From positions 62,362-126,361 of IMG/VR virus record IMGVR_UViG_3300021389_000005: a DNA stretch of 64,000 nucleotides. One strand, written 5' to 3'. The DNA is from a virus. Made by a program: the position numbers and the translations under genes. Below, in pieces: positions 1 through 9,519 of this stretch. The notes beneath the pieces are model-generated. The model was not told where the DNA came from. It made no database searches and worked only from the letters and a program-made list of their open reading frames with translations. Positions within the stretch are counted from its first letter, which is position 1. Each line of letters starts with the position of its first letter.

Positions 1-1
1 G

Positions 2-388
2 GTTAAAGTACTTATAAAAAGATACGAAGAAGAACTTATCGGATTAGGCATTAATAACATTGAAATTGTAAATGTTTTACCTATTGAAAACGAAAGTAGA
101 CCTTTACCAAAAACAGGGTACTATAAAGGAACACCTTTTGCTGGGACTTGGAATGAACGTACAGAATTAGTTAAAGAAATTAATACTGGAATAGAAGACA
201 TGGCACAAAGAAACAACTGGAAGGTTTATAAACACCCAGAAGTTTATTTTAACGCCAAAGGTGAATTAACTTTTGATGTAATGGAAAAACCTAAATCTGT
301 ACATATATCCAGAGAATATTATAGATGGAACATGGAAAAAAACGAAGCAAATAAAAATTTAATTAAACAAACACTATCTTTATTTTAA
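2..388 (+). CDS. 5'-truncated CDS, possible SGNH/GDSL-fold protein of the DNA-modification cluster
   Basis: The frame is open from base 2 (VKVLIKRYEEELIGLG...LPIENESRPLPKTGYYKGTPFAG...) through the listed 200..388 ORF. The C-terminal ...FNAKGELTFDVMEKPKSVHISREYY resembles the G-x-L...DxxH end of SGNH proteins. Confidence 0.45.
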   Translation, partial: VKVLIKRYEEELIGLGINNIEIVNVLPIENESRPLPKTGYYKGTPFAGTWNERTELVKEINTGIEDMAQRNNWKVYKHPEVYFNAKGELTFDVMEKPKSVHISREYYRWNMEKNEANKNLIKQTLSLF

Positions 389-537
389 TGAAAGCAGACG
401 AAAAATTCAACATAGAAATTACCTACAACGGATCAGGTAAAACCGAAACAATAGTAATAGAAACTAAAGACATCGAGTGGTCAATGACACAATTTCAAAG
501 AAATAGACCATCGTTTAATTGGAAAATTATAGATTAA
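388..537 (+). CDS. small hypothetical protein (49 aa, MKADEKFNIEITY...)
   Basis: Read manually. ATG overlaps the upstream TAA and the stop lies 1 nt before the next ATG. Confidence 0.6.
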   Translation: MKADEKFNIEITYNGSGKTETIVIETKDIEWSMTQFQRNRPSFNWKIID

Positions 538-538
538 A

Positions 539-1336
539 ATGCAAATATCTCCAAATGAAATAGCTAGAATAGCACAAATAGCATTTGTTCTAGAACCTAT
601 AGCTAATAAACCTGGATTAACAACTAGATATGCCGATAGGAATAGAAACTTAAAGCTAGAAAACTTCCTAGTAGCTGGTATTAATACAGGAGATTCATTT
701 AGAGAATTAGCAAAACGAGTTTACGAATCTAAAGATTTACCAATAACGTATGATATTGCACTACAAGCTCAAAAAGATTCATTTAAAAATAGACAAGGTA
801 GTAGACTTATATATGGCGGTATAATTAGTTTATTTCCATTGATCATAACACAAACACATATCCGGTCAACTGATCCATATGCAATTCTAAGCAATGTAGA
901 AGATGTATTAAAACAAACACACAGAGAAGATGCAGTACATCTTCAAGAGTTAGAAAACTATGCTTATAGTTTTGGTATTAATCATAAACAATATATGTTT
1001 GAAGTAAAGGATGAATATGAAAATGTCTGGGATTATTTAGAAAAAGATTTGATATCAATAGGAGAAATAACACAAACACATTGGAAGGACAGAGCTAAAA
1101 CAGGATCATCGAATAAAGAAATATTGAATGGATATCCTATTGTAAAGGCCATGTTAGATATTTATTACAGTACTATAAAAAATAAAGAATGGCGAGGAAT
1201 AAGTCAAACAACAGAAGAAATAGATTTCTTAATAAGAAGAGAATTTCCAAATGCACACATTCAGTGGTTAGCAGATCTACATGTATGTTTGATGTATTTG
1301 ATCTTATGTCATGAAAATAAAGAATTTTTTGTATAA
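539..1336 (+). CDS. CitG/MdcB-family (triphosphoribosyl-dephospho-CoA synthase-like) protein, archaeal-type, divergent
   Basis: The N-terminus EIARIAQIAFVLEPIANKPGLTTR..D....ENFL, central GIISLFPL, T.REDA, KEILNGYPI and C-terminal ADL match the CitG pattern (LLEV..PKPG.V...D....F; G...L..PL; E..NGF; PG..ADL). Confidence 0.65.
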   Translation: MQISPNEIARIAQIAFVLEPIANKPGLTTRYADRNRNLKLENFLVAGINTGDSFRELAKRVYESKDLPITYDIALQAQKDSFKNRQGSRLIYGGIISLFPLIITQTHIRSTDPYAILSNVEDVLKQTHREDAVHLQELENYAYSFGINHKQYMFEVKDEYENVWDYLEKDLISIGEITQTHWKDRAKTGSSNKEILNGYPIVKAMLDIYYSTIKNKEWRGISQTTEEIDFLIRREFPNAHIQWLADLHVCLMYLILCHENKEFFV

Positions 1337-1348
1337 AATAAAAAAGCA

Positions 1349-2557
1349 ATGAACATAACAACAACCAAATATTACGATGAATTCTTAAGATATTTTGAGC
1401 TAGCCAAAAAACAGCAAGATCTAAGTAATCTTGGTCATGTTCCACATGCAGAATCAAAACTAGATGACGAACTAATGCATCACATAGAATTATATGATGT
1501 AGTAGAACGTAAATATGCTGGATTTTCCCAAATAATCAATGACTGTTTTTATGGTTGGAATTCAGATCATCCATATTGGTCAAGAATGGAAGCAGGATTA
1601 TACACACCACAGCGAATGGAAGTGGCCACTAATTGGAATTCTAAGAGAGACGAATTTGGCTTAGAAGAATGGCTTTACATCTTTATACTTCACAGAGTAT
1701 GTGGATCTGCCATTAATTATGCTACTAAGCCTTCAGGATATCACAACACTATTTTATTTAATTTACACGAATGTGAAACTATAGAAGAAATGTGTGAAGT
1801 GATCAAACATCATCCTACACCCTTTTATACTTCAGTTGGTTATCAATTTCCAGCATTTCCAAAACCACCAAAACCAGAAGTTAATGAAGATTCATTCGTT
1901 GGCATGTCAGGTTTTACAAAACCAGAATATGTGTATAAAAGAGGTGGAGATTATTTCTTATGTGAATTTGCACCAAGAATGGCCAGAGACATGGCAAACT
2001 TCTTAAGAGAAGGTGGTAAAAAAGACTTAAGAGAATTGGGTGAATGGATGTTTAAGTGGAATGCAGATAATGGCTTAAGAGCTTATAGATTTCAATATGC
2101 TGCAGTTATTGCAGATGTTTGTGATTGGTACCCTGAATTTATGAATAGAGAATCAATGTTCTATTATGGTACTAACGCAGTGGAATGCATTGGCTATCTT
2201 GCAGATCCTGTAGAAAAGAAAGGTAAGAAGTCTGAAGAGTTTTTAGATGCAGTAATGACAAAGATTTATGAAGATACAGGCTCACTTCCGTATAATGCAG
2301 AAGATGTAGCATGTGACTTTATCAGATGGATAGAAAACTATTTGAGACCTGGAAAAGATTATGCACATATAAACATGGACACTTTGTGGAATTCTTCTTC
2401 GATTATAGATCATCCATATGGTAGGCAAAAAGCTATGTTAGATTTAGGTTTAGTAGAAACATTCAATGACATGACTCAATTTCCATCAGACGACAAAGTA
2501 TTACAAGGGGCAGGAGTCTCGGTTGAAGAGTATAAAAAAATGGTAGCAAAAATATGA
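1349..2557 (+). CDS. aGPT-PPlase / HhH-glycosylase-like DNA base hypermodification protein (paralog 1)
   Basis: Motifs YDVVERKYAGF, ILHRVCGS, FYTSVGYQ, FQYAAVIADV, YYGTNAVECI and YNAEDVACDFIRW parallel the F.N..R / GPGA..GL / D.E..LCEF.KY layout of the family. It is followed by a paralog and a PLP enzyme. Confidence 0.6.
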   Translation: MNITTTKYYDEFLRYFELAKKQQDLSNLGHVPHAESKLDDELMHHIELYDVVERKYAGFSQIINDCFYGWNSDHPYWSRMEAGLYTPQRMEVATNWNSKRDEFGLEEWLYIFILHRVCGSAINYATKPSGYHNTILFNLHECETIEEMCEVIKHHPTPFYTSVGYQFPAFPKPPKPEVNEDSFVGMSGFTKPEYVYKRGGDYFLCEFAPRMARDMANFLREGGKKDLRELGEWMFKWNADNGLRAYRFQYAAVIADVCDWYPEFMNRESMFYYGTNAVECIGYLADPVEKKGKKSEEFLDAVMTKIYEDTGSLPYNAEDVACDFIRWIENYLRPGKDYAHINMDTLWNSSSIIDHPYGRQKAMLDLGLVETFNDMTQFPSDDKVLQGAGVSVEEYKKMVAKI

Positions 2558-3660
2558 GTGAAGAAGTAAAAGAAATCAAAAAAGAAATTAAGCAAGCACC
2601 CGATCAAGGTGTTTTGTTTACATTTGATGATGATATCACACAAGAGTACAGTAACATCACTTATGACGGAACTAATACAAATATAAAATTTAAGAAGAAG
2701 AAACCTGCAGAAAGTTGGATGAAAGACTGGTCAGAAGAATTGAGATTAGCTAAATTCTTTGAATTCTGTCATGAGTTTGATAAGCGAGAAGATAGATTAC
2801 TATTAGAAGATTATCAAATATTTTCCCATAGATTACACTGGCATGAACATCCTTATTGTTATATGATGCAACATGAGACAGATCTAGAAAAATTACTTTA
2901 TTATACTATTGTGTTTTCATTCTCTAACGAACATTGGGGAACCATTACTAAATTAATTAATCAAGGTGAAGAAAAGACTAGAGCACATTTTGTAGAAAAT
3001 AGACATGCTAGGAATGATTTATTTCAGATCTATTATCCTAAAGGTACAATAGTTAAAGATTGGTTAATTGAAGGACCTAAAAAAGCAGCTAAAGACATGG
3101 CTCATATTCTAGAAGATTTAGAAAGACCATACACAATGATGGAGTTTGCTAAATTATTAGAAGCTTATTTTAAAGAACATCAAAACTTTAGATCACCTTT
3201 ATATCCATGCAAAAACACAGCAAGATATGTAGCTATGAGTAGACCAGATCTTGTTGATCCTGAATCTATTTTATTCGGAGGTACTGGACATTTTGATGGT
3301 ATGCAACAAATATTCGGTGGAGTTAATCTTAATGGTAAAGTAAAATATTCTATTGACTCAGATGGACAATTTATTGCAGAGAATAAACATGCTGAAGAAT
3401 GGCTAAGACAAATGGATGTACTTGTAAATCATCCAAATAATCCAATGGAAAGTCAAAAGTATTTAAACGTAGAAGATAAAACATGTTTCTTCTATAAACA
3501 CATTGCAATTAGTCATGGCATAAAATCACCAACAAAAAGAATTCCATATACATGGATATTTGATGGTAAATTTAATTTAGCTAAGAATCCAGATAAAGAA
3601 ATTAATGTTAACGCAGATACTACTCGACATTTATGGGGTAGAGATTATCCAAACGAATAA
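2554..3660 (+). CDS. aGPT-PPlase / HhH-glycosylase-like DNA base hypermodification protein (paralog 2)
   Basis: FFEFCHEFDKREDRLL..YQIFSHRLHWHEH, GGTGHFDGMQQIFGG and NVEDKTCFFYKH follow the same layout as paralog 1. ATGA overlap with the upstream gene. Confidence 0.55.
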   Translation: MSEEVKEIKKEIKQAPDQGVLFTFDDDITQEYSNITYDGTNTNIKFKKKKPAESWMKDWSEELRLAKFFEFCHEFDKREDRLLLEDYQIFSHRLHWHEHPYCYMMQHETDLEKLLYYTIVFSFSNEHWGTITKLINQGEEKTRAHFVENRHARNDLFQIYYPKGTIVKDWLIEGPKKAAKDMAHILEDLERPYTMMEFAKLLEAYFKEHQNFRSPLYPCKNTARYVAMSRPDLVDPESILFGGTGHFDGMQQIFGGVNLNGKVKYSIDSDGQFIAENKHAEEWLRQMDVLVNHPNNPMESQKYLNVEDKTCFFYKHIAISHGIKSPTKRIPYTWIFDGKFNLAKNPDKEINVNADTTRHLWGRDYPNE

Positions 3661-3663
3661 AAT

Positions 3664-4560
3664 ATGGCACACGATAAACACACAACAAGTTCAATGAATC
3701 AAGATTTAAATCTTATGATGCCTAATAGACAGGCATGGTTAGATTTAGCAGGAGATTGGCAAGATCCACTAGATGATCCAATTATTGTGAATCATGAAGG
3801 ATTTAATGTAGTAAGAGATGATATGATGGGCTTTGGATCTAAATGTAGATTTGGAGATATCTTAGTACAGAAAGCACCGACCGATACATTAGTATATGTA
3901 CAACCTAGATTTGGATTCGCAGGAATTTCTCTTGCATACTTAGCAAAAAAATATAATAAGAAATTAGTATTATTTATGCCATCTGGTAAAGTAATATCAG
4001 ATCATCAAGCCATATGTATTGAAAGAGGTGCTATTGCTAAATTTAGAAGAATCGCAGCAATGCCTAATTTAAATAGAATTGCAAAACAATGGGCAGAAGA
4101 TAACAACGCTACATTTATTCCACTAGGACTTAAACATGAATTGGTAACTGCAGCTGCGGTAAAAGTTGCATATGATGTAGCAGAAAAACACGGATATCCG
4201 GAAGAAGTATGGTCAGCAATATCAACTGGAGTTTTACAACGCTCTTTACAAATTGCATGGCCAGATGCTGAATTTAATGCAGTTGCAGTTTCTAGAAATA
4301 TTCAGAACGGTGAATTGGGTAGAGCTAAAGTTTGGTCTCATCCAAAGGCATTTGCATCAGATGTAAAACCAGAATTTGCCCCTCCGTTTCCATCAGCAAT
4401 GAACTACGATGCAAAAGCTTGGGAATTTATGGTTAAGCATGGAAATCAAGGAGCTTGGTTTTGGAATGTAGGTGGACAACCTTACCCAGAATCAGAAGAA
4501 ACTAAAGAAAAAACAAATTCAAAAAGAGAATGGGGAGAAGTTTTAGAAATAGACAAATAA
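3664..4560 (+). CDS. PLP-dependent enzyme, fold type II (like the PLP enzymes of phage thymidine-hypermodification clusters)
   Basis: VVRDDMMGFGSKCRF (PLP lysine), GFAGISLAYLA, WSAISTGVL and PPFPSAMNYDAKAW...FWNVG. Confidence 0.8.
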   Translation: MAHDKHTTSSMNQDLNLMMPNRQAWLDLAGDWQDPLDDPIIVNHEGFNVVRDDMMGFGSKCRFGDILVQKAPTDTLVYVQPRFGFAGISLAYLAKKYNKKLVLFMPSGKVISDHQAICIERGAIAKFRRIAAMPNLNRIAKQWAEDNNATFIPLGLKHELVTAAAVKVAYDVAEKHGYPEEVWSAISTGVLQRSLQIAWPDAEFNAVAVSRNIQNGELGRAKVWSHPKAFASDVKPEFAPPFPSAMNYDAKAWEFMVKHGNQGAWFWNVGGQPYPESEETKEKTNSKREWGEVLEIDK

Positions 4561-4611
4561 AAACTGAAACTATCTCAAATAAGATCATAGGAATAATATA
4601 CAAAAAAGAAC

Positions 4612-5076
4612 ATGGCGAACATAGACAACAAATGCGCAGATCTTGATATTCAAGATTATCACAAAGATACCAAAGACACTTTTGGTTTACTCTTTGACAA
4701 ACAAAAAGAATTACAAGCTAGATTAGGTTTTGACTTTAAAGGTTGGAGCATTAAAGAGATTGCAGATTTCTGGATGGTGAATAAACATGCAATGAGCGAC
4801 GAGCTTAATGAAATGTTTGATGCACTTGGAGGAATTAACGACGGAATCGGCAATGCAGGTTGGAAATATTGGAAAAAGGATAATGCTAAGACTCCTGAAA
4901 TGAAAATTGAAGATCTTAGTGAAGAAGACAAATTAGAGTTATTTTATGAGTGGATTGACGGTCTTCATTTTTATATGAACTTTGCAATTTCAATTGGCAT
5001 GACAAGTAAAGACATTGTTAACTTGTACATGGCAAAGAACGCAGAGAATCACGACAGACAAGAACGAGGATATTAA
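4612..5076 (+). CDS. dimeric dUTPase / dCTP pyrophosphatase (T4 gp56-like, all-alpha NTP-PPase)
   Basis: DELNEM..., WKYWK, EWIDGLHF and YMAKNAENHDRQERGY. Confidence 0.85.
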   Translation: MANIDNKCADLDIQDYHKDTKDTFGLLFDKQKELQARLGFDFKGWSIKEIADFWMVNKHAMSDELNEMFDALGGINDGIGNAGWKYWKKDNAKTPEMKIEDLSEEDKLELFYEWIDGLHFYMNFAISIGMTSKDIVNLYMAKNAENHDRQERGY

Positions 5077-5097
5077 TCAACCAACACACTCAATCAT

Positions 5098-6501
5098 ATG
5101 CTATTAGATATAGAGCAAAAAGAAAACGAAGTCATAATCAGTTATTACGATAAAGAAGGCAAAGTATCATTTAAAAGATATTCTGTTAACAAATTTGAAA
5201 ATTGGGTAGTTACTGAAGAAAAGGATCGTTGGAAAGATATTAAATTTAGAAACTGGGATAATCGCCCAATTAAGAGATCTATCTCAAGAAGTTTTAATAA
5301 ATTTAGTTTGCTCTATTTTATGGATTCTCTACCACAAAAGGATCAAGATGAAATCTTCGAATTTAATATGCCACGCACATACTTTGTGGATATTGAAACT
5401 GAAATTGTAGATGGTTTCCCAAAAGCAGAAGAAGCTAAAACCAGAATTCTATCATTCTCTATCATTACACCTGAACGTAAAGCAATTGTTTTAGGTTTAG
5501 AAGATATGAGTTCAGATCAAATCAAAAAGATTGAAGATGATACCAATGCTCATTTTAAAGATTATGATCAGGATTGGGAATTCAGTTATTACAAGTTTGA
5601 TGACGAGTATAACATGGTATATACATTCTTACATAAGTTTTTACCTAAGTTCCCAATGATGACTGGTTGGAATTTCATCAACTATGACTGGCAGTATATA
5701 GTTAATAGGTGTAAAAGATTACAAATAGACCTGACTGACGTGGCAATCACTGGATCTTTAGATAGAAACGATAGTAGACCATTACACATGGGAATATTAG
5801 ATTATATGCAGCTATATGATAAATATGATAGATCAGTTGCTGTAAAAGAATCTAATTCATTAGACTTTGTATCTAGCGCAGTATTAGATGTTGCAAAGAT
5901 TAAATACACTGGTGGTTTACAAGAACTATACGAAAATAACTTCCAAAAATATATTTACTATAACGTGGTCGATTCATGTTTAGTATATTATATAGATAAA
6001 CAACTTAGATCAATGGAAGTACTATTGACATTAGCAACTATAACTAGAATGCCACTTTACAAAGCAGCATCTCCAGTGGCAGTAACAGAAGCGCTTATAG
6101 CTAGAAAGCTAATCGGTCAAAATAAAAAAATTGGAATGGAATGGAATAAAGAAGATGCAAAGAAAGACGGTAAATTTGAAGGAGCATTCGTTAAACAACC
6201 AATTGTAGGTTATTACTCTGGAGTTTCAGCGTTTGATTTTGCATCTCTATATCCATCAATTATGCGTCAATTTAATATATCTCCGGATGCATTTGTTGAA
6301 CAAGTAAATGAAATGGATATTCCAGAAAGAAGAAAAGATAAAGACGTAATCGTCTGTGAAAACGGAGTTGTTTATAAGAAAGAAGATAGTATTCTTAAAA
6401 AAATATTGGCAGATTTATATGGCCAACGTAAAGAATATAAAAAGACTTCTTATGAATATTATGAAAAAGCCCACGAACTAGAAAAAAAATTAAAGTCATA
6501 A
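5098..6501 (+). CDS. gp43A: family B DNA polymerase, N-terminal subunit (3'-5' exonuclease, motif A, first fingers helix; gp43A-like)
   Basis: ExoI FVDIET, ExoII GWNFINYDWQYI, ExoIII YNVVDS and motif A FDFASLYPSIM. It ends after LKKILADLYGQRKEYKK and lacks motifs B and C. Confidence 0.9.
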   Translation: MLLDIEQKENEVIISYYDKEGKVSFKRYSVNKFENWVVTEEKDRWKDIKFRNWDNRPIKRSISRSFNKFSLLYFMDSLPQKDQDEIFEFNMPRTYFVDIETEIVDGFPKAEEAKTRILSFSIITPERKAIVLGLEDMSSDQIKKIEDDTNAHFKDYDQDWEFSYYKFDDEYNMVYTFLHKFLPKFPMMTGWNFINYDWQYIVNRCKRLQIDLTDVAITGSLDRNDSRPLHMGILDYMQLYDKYDRSVAVKESNSLDFVSSAVLDVAKIKYTGGLQELYENNFQKYIYYNVVDSCLVYYIDKQLRSMEVLLTLATITRMPLYKAASPVAVTEALIARKLIGQNKKIGMEWNKEDAKKDGKFEGAFVKQPIVGYYSGVSAFDFASLYPSIMRQFNISPDAFVEQVNEMDIPERRKDKDVIVCENGVVYKKEDSILKKILADLYGQRKEYKKTSYEYYEKAHELEKKLKS

Positions 6502-6527
6502 ATTTAGAATCTCATGAATAATAAGCC

Positions 6528-6535
6528 GATATATA
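6528..6535 (+). promoter_or_regulatory. putative late-type promoter GATATATA upstream of nrdB
   Basis: The same octamer precedes more than 10 structural genes in this window. Confidence 0.5.
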
Positions 6536-6661
6536 ATAACACTAGCAGCGCTGCTATTATTCTTACATACATCTAAATTATAGATTAGACTGGGTCTTAA
6601 CTAAAGGCCCATTGTAGTCTCAACTGGATTCTGTAAAAAAACTAAACAAAATAATAGCAAT

Positions 6662-7672
6662 ATGTCAAATCTCTTTAAAGAACGTCTAGAATATAAACCG
6701 TTCGAATACCCTGAATATTACACCGAAGGTTGGCTTAAACAAGCACAGGCTTTCTGGCTACACACTGAAATCTCAATGCAAGGTGATGTAAAAGACTGGA
6801 ATGAAAACCTAATGCCACATGAAAAGAACTTAGTAGGCAATATTCTTTTGGGTTTCGCCCAAACCGAATGCGCGGTATCTGATTACTGGACAAACATGGT
6901 TACCAGTTGGTTTCCTAAACATGAAATTAGACAAATGGCTATGATGTTCGGTTCACAAGAAACTATACACGCTGTTGCATATTCATATCTTAATGAAACT
7001 TTGGGTTTGGAGGATTTCGCAGCATTTCTTCATGAGCCTGCAACTGCCGAAAAATTTGAATTTTTAACTTCAACAACAGCTGATTACACACATGAAGATT
7101 TACAAACAAATCCTGTAGCAAGAAGGGAAGTAGCAAGATCATTGGCTATTTTCAGTGCATTTGCAGAAGGTGTTTCTTTATATTCATCGTTTGCAGTACT
7201 TTACTCGTTTCAAATGAGAAACTTATTAAAAGGTATTGGACAACAAATGAAGTGGTCTGTAAGAGATGAATCATTACATAGTAAAATGGGATGTCAGTTG
7301 TTTAGAGAGATGTGTAATGAATATCCTGAACTATTTGAAGAGATTCATGCAGATGTACTTAAAGCAGCCGAATACATGGTTGAAATGGAACACAAGTTTA
7401 TTGATAAAATGTTTGAGCAAGGGGATCTTGCAAATATGGAAGCAGAAAATCTAAAACATTTTATTGTTAAAAGAGCTAACGAAAAAATCGCTGAATTAGG
7501 ATATAAAGAAGGTCCATTTATGGAATTAGATAGTGAAAAGGCTAGTCATTTAGATTGGTTCTATCATTTAACAGGTGGACATACACACACAGACTTTTTT
7601 GCTATCAGACCTACTGATTATGCAAAAGCAGGAGAAGACGAGAATTGGGACGAGGACGACTTATTCGATTAA
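6662..7672 (+). CDS. nrdB: class Ia ribonucleotide reductase beta subunit
   Basis: QAFWLHTE, FAQTE, ETIHAVAYS (radical Tyr), EGVSLYSSF, RDESLH and HTDFFAIRPTDY. Confidence 0.95.
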   Translation: MSNLFKERLEYKPFEYPEYYTEGWLKQAQAFWLHTEISMQGDVKDWNENLMPHEKNLVGNILLGFAQTECAVSDYWTNMVTSWFPKHEIRQMAMMFGSQETIHAVAYSYLNETLGLEDFAAFLHEPATAEKFEFLTSTTADYTHEDLQTNPVARREVARSLAIFSAFAEGVSLYSSFAVLYSFQMRNLLKGIGQQMKWSVRDESLHSKMGCQLFREMCNEYPELFEEIHADVLKAAEYMVEMEHKFIDKMFEQGDLANMEAENLKHFIVKRANEKIAELGYKEGPFMELDSEKASHLDWFYHLTGGHTHTDFFAIRPTDYAKAGEDENWDEDDLFD

Positions 7673-7686
7673 TATAAATAATAAAA

Positions 7687-9519
7687 ATGAACAAAGAAGA
7701 TAAAGTAAATTACGGAGCGTCCTTAGGTTGGGAGCTAGGTGTAGATTTCCCAACATGGGGAAACACAGAGATATATGTTAAAACAATAAGCAAAGGATAT
7801 TGTTACCAAGATGAAACACCTAAAGATGCATACTGGAGAGTTGCAACTACGATTGCTAAAAGATTAGGCAAACCTGAACTTGCATCGAAATTCTTTGATT
7901 ATATATGGAAGGGTTGGTTAAATCTAGCCTCACCTGTGCTTTCAAATACTGGATTAGAAAGAGGTTTACCTATTTCATGTTTTGGTATTGATGTTGCGGA
8001 TTCAATTCACGATATCGGTGCTAAAAACCTAGAGATGATGCTACTTGCCAAACATGGCGGTGGTGTAGGTACAGGAATTAATCAAATTAGACCAGCGGGT
8101 GCAAAAATTACAGGAAACGGTACATCAGATGGAGTTGTACCTTTTTGCAAAATATTTGACTCTACGATACTTGCCACTAATCAGGGTTCTGTTCGTAGAG
8201 GAGCAGCAAGTGTTAACATTGATATTGAACATCCTGATTTCTGGGAATGGTTAGAAATTAGAGAACCTAAGGGTGATGTCAACAGACAATCATTAAATTT
8301 ACACCAATGTGCAGTAATACCAGATGGTTTTATGCAAAAAGTTGAAGCTGGTGATAAAGAGTCTCGCAAAAAGTGGGCTGCGCTCTTAAGGAAGCGTAGA
8401 TCTACAGGAGAGCCATATATCATGTACAAAGGAAATGTCAATAGAGCAAATCCAGAGGCATACTCTAAGAATGGATTAAAAGTTTATATGACTAACATTT
8501 GTTCAGAAATAACATTACATACTGACGAGAATCACTCATTTGTTTGTTGCCTTTCTTCTGTAAATTTAGCAAAGTATAATGAATGGAAAGATACTGATCT
8601 GATTTACACTGCAACTTGGTTTTTAGATGGCGTTATGGAAGAGTTTATCCAAAAGGCTAAATTTATGAGAGGCTTTGAAAACTCAATTAGATCTGCAGAA
8701 AAAGGTAGAGCTTTAGGGCTTGGTGTATTAGGATGGCATACATATTTACAAGAAAAGAACATTCCGTTTGATTCTTTATCAGCTCAATTCGAAACACGTA
8801 AAATCTTTTCACAATTAAAGATAGAATCTGAAAGAGCATCAAGAGATCTAGCTACAGAATATGGCGAACCATTATGGTGTGTAGGAACTGGAATGAGAAA
8901 TACTCACTTAAGAGCTATTGCTCCAACAGTAACTAATTCTAAACTTAGTGGAAATGTTTCTCCAGGTATTGAGCCATGGGCAGCAAATCTATTAACAGAA
9001 CAAACAGCTAAAGGTACTTTCATTAGAAAGAATCCAACATTAGAACAAGTTTTAGATACAATAGGTAAGAATACTAAATCAACATGGGATAAAATACTAG
9101 AAGATGGTGGATCAGTATTAGGATTACCATGGATTGAAGATTACTTTGTCTCATCATTTTCAGATAACGAAGGAACTTCAGGTATTCAAAAGCCACTAAC
9201 TAAAAAGCAATTAGAAAAACTACCAACATTAGAACAAGCTGATTATATTCCAATGTCTGATGTATTTAGAACCTTCAAAGAAATTAATCAATTAGATTTA
9301 GTAAGACAAGCAGGTATTAGACAACAATATGTTGATCAAGCTGCAAGTTTAAATCTAGCGTTTCCAAAAGAGGCAGAACCTAAATTTATTAATCAAGTAC
9401 ATTTAGAAGCATATAGAAAGGGTGTAAAAACACTTTACTACATGAGAACAGAATCAGTACTTAGAGGAGATATCGCTGCGGCAGCTACAGATCCAGATTG
9501 TGCTGCATGTGATGGATAA
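7687..9519 (+). CDS. nrdA: class Ia ribonucleotide reductase alpha subunit (short, no ATP cone)
   Basis: ASPVLSNTG..RGLPISCF, TNICSEI, CCLSSVNL, AIAPT, KTLYY and C-terminal CAACDG. Confidence 0.95.
   Translation: MNKEDKVNYGASLGWELGVDFPTWGNTEIYVKTISKGYCYQDETPKDAYWRVATTIAKRLGKPELASKFFDYIWKGWLNLASPVLSNTGLERGLPISCFGIDVADSIHDIGAKNLEMMLLAKHGGGVGTGINQIRPAGAKITGNGTSDGVVPFCKIFDSTILATNQGSVRRGAASVNIDIEHPDFWEWLEIREPKGDVNRQSLNLHQCAVIPDGFMQKVEAGDKESRKKWAALLRKRRSTGEPYIMYKGNVNRANPEAYSKNGLKVYMTNICSEITLHTDENHSFVCCLSSVNLAKYNEWKDTDLIYTATWFLDGVMEEFIQKAKFMRGFENSIRSAEKGRALGLGVLGWHTYLQEKNIPFDSLSAQFETRKIFSQLKIESERASRDLATEYGEPLWCVGTGMRNTHLRAIAPTVTNSKLSGNVSPGIEPWAANLLTEQTAKGTFIRKNPTLEQVLDTIGKNTKSTWDKILEDGGSVLGLPWIEDYFVSSFSDNEGTSGIQKPLTKKQLEKLPTLEQADYIPMSDVFRTFKEINQLDLVRQAGIRQQYVDQAASLNLAFPKEAEPKFINQVHLEAYRKGVKTLYYMRTESVLRGDIAAAATDPDCAACDG

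Noticed and set aside
4566-4600. GAAAC upstream of the dUTPase as a middle promoter
   Set aside because: There is no TATAA at 17-18 nt spacing (it reads TAGGA), so it was not called.
6662-9519. Group I introns, inteins or homing endonucleases in nrdA/nrdB
   Set aside because: Both ORFs are continuous and of normal size. Only a short in-frame insertion near the NrdA C-terminus is seen.
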